The translations under genes and the position numbers were made by a program. Shown here piece after piece: positions 57,016 through 64,000 of a DNA stretch of 64,000 bases. The stretch's first letter is position 1. The number at the start of each line of letters is the position of its first letter. Below the pieces are notes generated by a model. It was not told the origin of the DNA. It did not search any database and was given only the letters and a program-made list of their open reading frames with translations. Source of the DNA: Gammaproteobacteria bacterium (GTDB lineage Bacteria > Pseudomonadota > Gammaproteobacteria > BTQY01); the NCBI GenBank assembly GCA_036986115.1, contig BTQY01000003.1, positions 9,091 through 73,090 on the forward strand, in the 5' to 3' direction.

Positions 57016-57924
57016 GTGGTGATGCAAGATAAAGTTGTCGGTGCCTTATGGGACGCGAGTAAGGGCGTTCTGGAAATGGGCGATGACCAATATGCGAGAT
57101 GGAGGGAACTCCTGGAACAGCGTACCGGTATGGTCTTGCCGGATGAACGTCGCTCTTTCCTGTTGACCAACCTTGCCATTCGTATGCGTGAGATTGGTTG
57201 CCATGATTTTCAGGAATATTATGAACATGTTATGAACGGAGCGAAAGGCGCCATCGAATGGACCACTCTGGTGGATCGTTTGACGGTGCATGAAACACGA
57301 TTTTTCCGTCACTTTAACGCGCTGAACTTCCTGAAAGAGAAAATGTTACCTGAATGGATAGAACAGCCAGGTAAATCACTGAATATCTGGAGCGTTGGTT
57401 GTGCCACTGGCGAGGAACCTTACACCCTTGCGATGGCGGTAGACTATTTTATTCGTCAAAAAGGCATTGAGTATTACCTTGGTGTGCTGGCCTCGGATAT
57501 CAGTATGGCCTCGTTAGCTATCGGCAGGGAAGGTGTGTATGACGCACGTAAGCTTACCGAGATGGAGGCCACCGTATTGCGCCAGTATATGACTCGTGTG
57601 GATGAAGGCCGCTATCGGGTTAATGATGACCTCAAAAAGCGTGTCTGTTTCATGCGTTTGAATGTGCTTGAAATGGATAATATCCCCATTGGCAAGATGG
57701 ATCTTATCTTTTGTCAAAACCTGCTGATTTATTTTAATCGGGAAAAACGCCTTCAGATTCTGAATAACCTGGTTGAGCACCTGCTCCCGGGCGGTTACCT
57801 GATACTTGGATCAGGTGAGATCATCAGTTGGGATAATGGCGTGCTTGAGAAGATTTATTATGAGAACACTCTGGTGTATCGCCGTGCTGGTGACTGGTCA
57901 GATGAGAATGAGGGCAATGTATGA
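57016..57924 (+). CDS. pilK: CheR-type chemotaxis methyltransferase PilK
   Basis: ETRFFRH and IWSVGCATGEEPYTLAM (SAM-binding). It overlaps chpA by 4 nt. Confidence 0.88.
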   Translation: MVMQDKVVGALWDASKGVLEMGDDQYARWRELLEQRTGMVLPDERRSFLLTNLAIRMREIGCHDFQEYYEHVMNGAKGAIEWTTLVDRLTVHETRFFRHFNALNFLKEKMLPEWIEQPGKSLNIWSVGCATGEEPYTLAMAVDYFIRQKGIEYYLGVLASDISMASLAIGREGVYDARKLTEMEATVLRQYMTRVDEGRYRVNDDLKKRVCFMRLNVLEMDNIPIGKMDLIFCQNLLIYFNREKRLQILNNLVEHLLPGGYLILGSGEIISWDNGVLEKIYYENTLVYRRAGDWSDENEGNV

Positions 57925-60900
57925 GTCCGATGGACCATGGTTCCCTGAACTGGGTCAAGGGTGAGATCGATGAGACCCTGAAACAGGCACGGCTGGCGCT
58001 GGAGGCCTTTGTTGGGAATACCGATGACCAGACACAAATGCAGTTTTGTGTGGCCCATCTGCATCAGGTACATGGCACACTGAAACTGGTCGAACTTTAT
58101 GGCGCGGCCCTGGCTGCCGAGGAGATGGAGAAACTCGCCATCGCGCTTTTTGAAAAGACCATCCCCCACAAGGAAGAGACCTTTGAAGTTCTGATGCGGG
58201 CAATCCTGCAACTACCAGATTACCTGGAACGATTGCAGGCCGGACAAAAAGATATCCCGGTCGTGCTGTTGCCACTGTTAAATGATTTACGTGCCAGCCG
58301 TGGTAAAAAACTGTTATCAGAAGGGGCGATGTTCTCGCCTGACCTGTCAGTGGCGCCATCGGCAGTGGTACCTGAACAGGATGACGTTGATATCAGTGTA
58401 CTTGCCAGGAAAAAGCGTCATCCCTATCAAATCAGTTTACTCGGCTGGTTCCGTGGCAAGGATGAAGACAGGCATCTCGGCATACTCGCGGATATCATTG
58501 ATAATCTGCGTATGCACACTACGAATGAATCAGTGGCGCAGCTTTTCTGGGTGACGACCGGGGTCATCAATGCACTGATACAAAAGGGGATTGAGGCCAG
58601 CGTTTCGGTCAAATTGTTACTTGGCCAGGTGGACAGAAAGATCAAGGCACTGATCGATGCAGGTGAAGATGGTGCTGAAGATGGTGCAGAAGACCTTATT
58701 AAAAACCTCTTGTATTACACGGCGAGTTCCAATACTGATGATGGCATTGTTGGTGAAATCAAGGATGCCTTTAACCTGAGGAACATGCTGCCTACGGAAA
58801 ATGAACTGAGCAAGGCGAGGCAGTCCCTGACGGGTATAAATCTTGAGGTGATGGATACCGTGCATTCTGCCCTGGCGGAAGACATCACCTGGGTAAAGGA
58901 TGTTCTGGACATCTATGTTCGCTCGGATAATCGGGAAGTAAAAGAACTTGAGCCAATTGCCGAGGCCCTGAAAAAGGTGGCTGATACGCTGGCCATGTTG
59001 GGTATGGGGGTCCAGCGTAACCGGATTCAGGAACAGGCCGAGGTGATAAACCGCATTCTCGGTGGTGAGGCCAGGGCAACAGATACGGTACTGATGGATA
59101 TCGCCGGTACCTTGCTGGCCGTGGAGTCCAGTTTGAGTGACAGCCGTGCCAGGTTGCCCGAAGATGAGTTGGCCGAAGTCGTAAAAGAAGAAGCGGCACA
59201 CAGGCTTCCTGATGCAGACCTCAAGGATGTCCTGAGTGCGACTATTCGCGAAGCCAAGGTGGATATGGCGAGGGTAAAGGAGGCCATTGTGGCCTTTGTC
59301 ACTGCACCATGGGAATTCAAGTTACTCAAAGAGGTCCCCAGGCTAAATCACAGTATTGAAGGTAGTTTGACGATATTGACGTTACCGCGAGTAGCAAAAA
59401 TGCTGCACACGTGTAATGAATATATTCAAACGGAATTGCTGGATAAGGAAGACATCCCGAACCCTGAGACCCTTAACGCGCTCGCTGACACTATCAGCAG
59501 TATCGAGTATTATCTGGAAGCTGTTGATGAAGGTGGTGTCACTGATCTCGATGCGGTTCTGGATATCGCTGCACAGAGCCTGGCCAAACTGGGATATACC
59601 ATCGCTGATGAGCCCCTGGCTGCGCCTGAAGTTACGCTAGAGACCGGACCCGCTATCGGGACGGCTGATGAAACGGCCGTTGTTGAAAAACTTACACTAC
59701 CTGAAGAGCCGGCCAGGGCACCACTCACAGAGAGGCCGCCTGAGCCTGATACGGCTGCGAAGGAAGCCGCCGCTTCACTGGTCCCCGCCAGAATCTCTGC
59801 ACCCGCCGATGAGATCGATGATGACATCAAGGAAATCTTCCTTGAAGAAGTTGATGAGGAAATGGCTACGATTGCCGAGTATTTACCCAAATGGCGGGTC
59901 AACCCGGATGATAAGGATGCGCTGAGCACGGTACGTCGATCCTTCCATACCCTGAAGGGTAGCGGCCGTATGGTCGGCGCTATCGTCATTGGTGAGTTTG
60001 CCTGGGCATTTGAAAACATGATGAACCGTGTTATCGACGGGACAACTTCGCATAACCCGGAAATGTTTGACTCAATGACTGCGGCACTCAAGGCGATTCC
60101 GGAACTCGTCGAGCATTTTAAACATGGGACCATTCCGCATACCAATGTACAGGCGCTGGCGAACAAGGCCTACGAATTGACCGGCAAGACGGAGTTCATT
60201 GAACTGGATTTTGGCGCCGCACCCCCGGCGTCTGATACAGGGACTGCCGTTGAGCCGCTGGTGCCGATGCCAGCTGCAGAGGAACCAGCTGTAGAGGAGC
60301 CAGTTGTAGAGGAACCAGCCGCAGCGCCGGAACCGGAACAGCCATCGTCTGAATTGCCGCTGCCTGAAGAAGATATTTCTTCTTTGTATGAAGAACCTGC
60401 CCCTGTCATCCAGGAGCCCGGGATAACTGATGGCGAAATTGACCCGGTACTGCTGGAGATCTTTAGCAAGGAATCGATCGGACATATAAAATCGATCAAT
60501 GATTACCTGGCAAATGCCAGGGAAGTGGATGAACCGCAGGTGACAGATGACCTGCTCAGGGCATTGCATACGCTTCATGGGAGTGCCCATATGGCGGATA
60601 TCATGGATATCGCCGATATCAGTAATGCACTGGAGCGCTATGCAAAGCTGTTACTGGATAATGGTGTTGGCGTTCCCGGGGAAGCCATCAGCTTCATTGA
60701 ACAATCCGTGGGTATAATTACTGACGTTATTCCTCGCCTGAATTCGGGTGATACCCAGATGCATCACAAGCAGATGCTGATAGACGAGATTAACAAGCTC
60801 CATGATGACCTTGAAATGGAACTGGAACAACAGGAAGAGGCAACCACCGCTGATACTCCCCCGCCTGCTGCCGGACTGGCTGCGCATACTGAGGCCGGGG

Positions 60901-63311
60901 CCAGTGAAGATTATGATGATGAGTTGCTTGAAATCTTCCTCGAAGAGGGCGATGAGATCCTGGATGCCAGTGAGATCACACTGCAGAACTGGATCAATGA
61001 TCAGGACAATGATGGCCTGGTGCAACAGCTACAACGAGAATTGCATACCCTCAAGGGTGGCGCCCGCATGGCAAATATTGTTGCTATCGGTGACCTCAGT
61101 CATGCCCTGGAGTCAATGATCATTGCCGTGGTCGAAGGCAGGGTCATGGTTTCACGTCACATGTTTGATCTGATGCAACAATCCCATGATACCCTGGTGA
61201 AGATGCTGAATCAGGTTCGCAGAAACGAGGCCGTGACCCCGGCAGGGGTTTTAATCAGACAGGCCAATCGACTGGTTGAGATGAAGGGTGAAGTGGAAGC
61301 CCTGGATGAGGCACCAGCAGAAGAGGCCGCTGAAGAAGTAACCGAAAAGGTACCGGCAACAGAGGAAGTGGTTGAGGTTGAGGCGGAAGCACCGGCAGCT
61401 GAGGTGGAAGAATTCGTTGAGCTGGTTGAGGCAGAGGCAGAGGCAGAAGAAGTTTCCCGGATTGAGCGGCGACATGGCTCACGCATTCAGCATGAACAGA
61501 TCCGGGTGAAGGCCGACATGCTTGATGGCCTGGTTAACTTTGCGGGTGAGGTGAGTATCTACCGTTCCCGTATCGAGCAGGAGGTCGGTGTCTTTAAATT
61601 CAACCTCACTGAAATGGATGCCACGATCAATCGACTCCGTGAACAGTTACGCCAGTTTGAGATTGAAACTGAAACCCAGATCATGTATCGCATGGAGAAG
61701 GAAAATGAGGACAGTCAGTATGACGAGGATTTTGACCCCCTTGAAATGGACCGCTTCTCCTATATGCAGCAATTATCCCGCAGTCTGATGGAGACGGTGG
61801 CTGACCTGGTCAGTATCCAGGGGCTGCTGGAAGGTCATGCCAGGGAAACAGAAACACTGTTGCTGCAACAGGCCCGGGTCAATACGGGGTTACAGGAAGG
61901 CCTGATGAGCACGCGCATGGTGCCATTGAGTACCCAGCTGCCACGTATGCGCCGCGTTGTCCGGCAGACCTGTAGTGAGCTGAAGAAAGAGGTTGAATTC
62001 GACATTAGCGGTGAGCATGGCGAGATCGATCGTACCGTGCTCGAGCGCATGATGCCCGCGCTGGACCATATGTTGCGAAACGCTATTGACCATGGTATAG
62101 AATCACCCGCGCAACGTAAAAAGGCCGATAAATCTGTCCAGGGTGCGGTTAATCTGGCCTTGAGCAGGGAAGGGTCAGAAGTTGTCATGCAGCTATCAGA
62201 TGATGGTGCTGGCATCGATCTGGCCAAACTACGAAAGAAGGCCATGCAACGGGGTTTGATCAAGAAAGACTCTGACCTGACAGATAATGAGGTAATGCAG
62301 TTTATTCTCGAGTCGGGCTTCAGTACTGCTGACCAGATCACGCAGATCTCCGGTCGTGGTGTCGGTATGGATGTGGTGAGTAGTGAAATCAAGCAGCTGG
62401 GTGGTTCGCTGCATATCGATTCGGAGCAAGGCCAGGGCACCCTGTTTACGATTCGTCTGCCATTGACGTTGTCTGTCAACCGTGCACTGCTGGTACAGGT
62501 CGGTGAAGAAAATTTGGCCATACCACTATCGAGTGTTGAACACGTAGTGCGCGCCGATAGCGATGAGTTGAAAAAATTCCATAGCAGTCCGGGTGCGCGT
62601 TATGAATATGCCGGGAATGTATACCGGTTCATGCATCTTGGTTCGATCCTTGGTGTCAGTGCCCCGCAAATTCCGCAGCCAGGCAAGAAGCTGCCATTGT
62701 TGCTGGTGCGCGCCGGCGACCATCGAGTGGCATTGCAGGTTGATGGACTGATGGGCAGCCGTGAAATCGTGGTTAAGCCGGTCGGGCCGCAGATCAGTAC
62801 AGTGCATGGTATTTCCGGCGCGACGATCCTTGGTGATGGCAGTGTCGCGCTGATCCTTGATATCAGTGCAGTGGTGATCATGGATGTCGCCAAGCATGGT
62901 AGCGTCCTGGAAGAAGAGGCCAAGATAGAGAAAGCCGGGGTGATCACCGTGATGGTGGTGGATGACTCTATTACGGTGCGCCGTGTAACCACCCGATTAC
63001 TGGAAAGAAATAATATTCGTTGTATTACTGCAAAAGACGGGGTGGACGCCGTGGCTGAATTGCAGGAGCATATCCCCGACCTGTTCCTGCTGGATATCGA
63101 AATGCCTCGTATGGATGGTTATGAACTGGCGACGCATATACGGAATAATGACAATACCAAGGATATCCCGATTATCATGATAACTTCCCGAACCGGGGAA
63201 AAACACAGACAACGTGCAGAAGCTATCGGTGTCAACGCTTATCTTGGTAAGCCTTATGTAGAATCTGAGCTACTGGAAAATATACAATCTTTACTAAAGA
63301 AGCCACATTGA
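57921..63311 (+). CDS. chpA: ChpA hybrid multi-Hpt CheA-type histidine kinase with C-terminal receiver
   Basis: 1796 aa. It has an N-terminal Hpt-like helix bundle (HLHQVHGTLKL) and three canonical Hpt motifs (FHTLKGSGRM, LHTLHGSAHM, LHTLKGGARM). It also has the HATPase N/G boxes (HMLRNAIDHG, DDGAGID, GRGVGMD), a CheW domain, and a receiver (VMVVDDS..LLDIEMPRMDG..K). Confidence 0.92.
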   Translation: MSPMDHGSLNWVKGEIDETLKQARLALEAFVGNTDDQTQMQFCVAHLHQVHGTLKLVELYGAALAAEEMEKLAIALFEKTIPHKEETFEVLMRAILQLPDYLERLQAGQKDIPVVLLPLLNDLRASRGKKLLSEGAMFSPDLSVAPSAVVPEQDDVDISVLARKKRHPYQISLLGWFRGKDEDRHLGILADIIDNLRMHTTNESVAQLFWVTTGVINALIQKGIEASVSVKLLLGQVDRKIKALIDAGEDGAEDGAEDLIKNLLYYTASSNTDDGIVGEIKDAFNLRNMLPTENELSKARQSLTGINLEVMDTVHSALAEDITWVKDVLDIYVRSDNREVKELEPIAEALKKVADTLAMLGMGVQRNRIQEQAEVINRILGGEARATDTVLMDIAGTLLAVESSLSDSRARLPEDELAEVVKEEAAHRLPDADLKDVLSATIREAKVDMARVKEAIVAFVTAPWEFKLLKEVPRLNHSIEGSLTILTLPRVAKMLHTCNEYIQTELLDKEDIPNPETLNALADTISSIEYYLEAVDEGGVTDLDAVLDIAAQSLAKLGYTIADEPLAAPEVTLETGPAIGTADETAVVEKLTLPEEPARAPLTERPPEPDTAAKEAAASLVPARISAPADEIDDDIKEIFLEEVDEEMATIAEYLPKWRVNPDDKDALSTVRRSFHTLKGSGRMVGAIVIGEFAWAFENMMNRVIDGTTSHNPEMFDSMTAALKAIPELVEHFKHGTIPHTNVQALANKAYELTGKTEFIELDFGAAPPASDTGTAVEPLVPMPAAEEPAVEEPVVEEPAAAPEPEQPSSELPLPEEDISSLYEEPAPVIQEPGITDGEIDPVLLEIFSKESIGHIKSINDYLANAREVDEPQVTDDLLRALHTLHGSAHMADIMDIADISNALERYAKLLLDNGVGVPGEAISFIEQSVGIITDVIPRLNSGDTQMHHKQMLIDEINKLHDDLEMELEQQEEATTADTPPPAAGLAAHTEAGASEDYDDELLEIFLEEGDEILDASEITLQNWINDQDNDGLVQQLQRELHTLKGGARMANIVAIGDLSHALESMIIAVVEGRVMVSRHMFDLMQQSHDTLVKMLNQVRRNEAVTPAGVLIRQANRLVEMKGEVEALDEAPAEEAAEEVTEKVPATEEVVEVEAEAPAAEVEEFVELVEAEAEAEEVSRIERRHGSRIQHEQIRVKADMLDGLVNFAGEVSIYRSRIEQEVGVFKFNLTEMDATINRLREQLRQFEIETETQIMYRMEKENEDSQYDEDFDPLEMDRFSYMQQLSRSLMETVADLVSIQGLLEGHARETETLLLQQARVNTGLQEGLMSTRMVPLSTQLPRMRRVVRQTCSELKKEVEFDISGEHGEIDRTVLERMMPALDHMLRNAIDHGIESPAQRKKADKSVQGAVNLALSREGSEVVMQLSDDGAGIDLAKLRKKAMQRGLIKKDSDLTDNEVMQFILESGFSTADQITQISGRGVGMDVVSSEIKQLGGSLHIDSEQGQGTLFTIRLPLTLSVNRALLVQVGEENLAIPLSSVEHVVRADSDELKKFHSSPGARYEYAGNVYRFMHLGSILGVSAPQIPQPGKKLPLLLVRAGDHRVALQVDGLMGSREIVVKPVGPQISTVHGISGATILGDGSVALILDISAVVIMDVAKHGSVLEEEAKIEKAGVITVMVVDDSITVRRVTTRLLERNNIRCITAKDGVDAVAELQEHIPDLFLLDIEMPRMDGYELATHIRNNDNTKDIPIIMITSRTGEKHRQRAEAIGVNAYLGKPYVESELLENIQSLLKKPH

Positions 63312-63312
63312 G

Positions 63313-64000
63313 ATGATGGAAGCCGCAGAGAAACCCAGGTTGCGAGTATCTATAATTTCTGACTCAGCGCAACAACGATCAAACTTGTTGTCACTATTTC
63401 AAAGCAGTGACATGCATGTTGTGATGGACGGCTCCTTCAAGGAGCATAGCATCGAAGATATACATCCGGAAGAAGCTGACGTCGTTGTTCTGGACCTCGA
63501 TGATGAAGTGGACTATGACCTGGAAATTTTTGATGAGATCCTGAACTCGAAGTTACCGGTGATATTCAACGATAGTGCTGTCTCCAGGGATTATTCGGCT
63601 GACAAAAACAGTCCCTGGGCCAAGAGCCTGATTAACAAGCTGTTGTCCATGGGAAAACCAGCCACCAGCAAAGCAACCACCGAAGTGGTGGCCGAGGTTC
63701 AGCCTGAGGCTGAGACCAGTGAACAGGGGGTCGAGCCAGAGGAAGATGCTGTGTTGGAGATGGCGGAGGCTGTCGACAAAGACGTGCTCCAGCCCGAAGA
63801 GCGCAACGTTGAAATGGTCAGGCGGCACTCTTTATATAATGCTGCCAGACAGGTGTGGGTGCTGGGCTCGTCGATAGGTGGTCCACAGGCAATACGCAGG
63901 TTTCTGGGCGCCATTCCGGGCAATCTGCCCATCGCCTTCGTGCTTGCGCAACATATTGGCAAGGGCTTTGAGGAATTACTTGCCAGACAACTGGATCGTT
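63313..64000 (+). CDS. chpB: ChpB/CheB-type methylesterase, N-terminal part (runs off the window)
   Basis: My own translation gives MMEAAEKPRLRVSIISDS...VWVLGSSIGGPQAIRRFLGAIPGNLPIAFVLAQHIGKGF, which is the start of the CheB esterase domain (GxSxGG). Confidence 0.8.
   Translation, partial: MMEAAEKPRLRVSIISDSAQQRSNLLSLFQSSDMHVVMDGSFKEHSIEDIHPEEADVVVLDLDDEVDYDLEIFDEILNSKLPVIFNDSAVSRDYSADKNSPWAKSLINKLLSMGKPATSKATTEVVAEVQPEAETSEQGVEPEEDAVLEMAEAVDKDVLQPEERNVEMVRRHSLYNAARQVWVLGSSIGGPQAIRRFLGAIPGNLPIAFVLAQHIGKGFEELLARQLDR

Overview
About 50% GC chromosomal window from a gammaproteobacterium. No rRNA, tRNA or CRISPR array was recognised. The backbone follows a gene order I recall from Pseudomonas (from memory, not searched): rpmG-rpmB-radC / coaBC-dut-algC-argB-slmA ... 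pyrE / xthA-ampG; metX-metW-DUF4426; yggT-proC-yggS / pilT-pilU; pyrR-pyrB-pyrC'; ruvX-yqgE-tonB ... gshB / pilG-pilH-pilI-pilJ-pilK-chpA-chpB. The main accessory feature is a block of about 17 kb (about 29.85-46.9 kb) between pyrR and ruvX. It contains a hairpin-repeat (MITE-like) element, a secreted-protein/ECF-sigma/anti-sigma module, a possible SRPBCC-like ORF and an IS91-family transposase remnant. It also carries a PAS-SARP one-component regulator with a cysteine-rich PAS core, read divergently from a small-ORF / dihaem cytochrome c / narGHJI / narK1 / narK2 operon, plus two unknown small ORFs. The divergent intergenic region holds a perfect FNR-type box and GTGTCACC direct repeats at 11-bp phasing. 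I consider this regulator-promoter-nar unit the best candidate for an undescribed system. Smaller accessory items are listed here.
- An AT-rich M43-like metalloprotease gene with a sigma-54-like motif upstream.
- A solitary bacterial dynamin-like GTPase.
- A PyrK-like Fe-S flavoprotein fused into the pyrR-pyrB-pyrC' operon; the pyrC' copy has lost its HxH metal ligands.
- An ApbE plus Gx-transporter pair.
- An algC ORF with a 380-codon membrane/periplasmic N-terminal extension.
All calls rest on reading the translations and the DNA; no database search was run.
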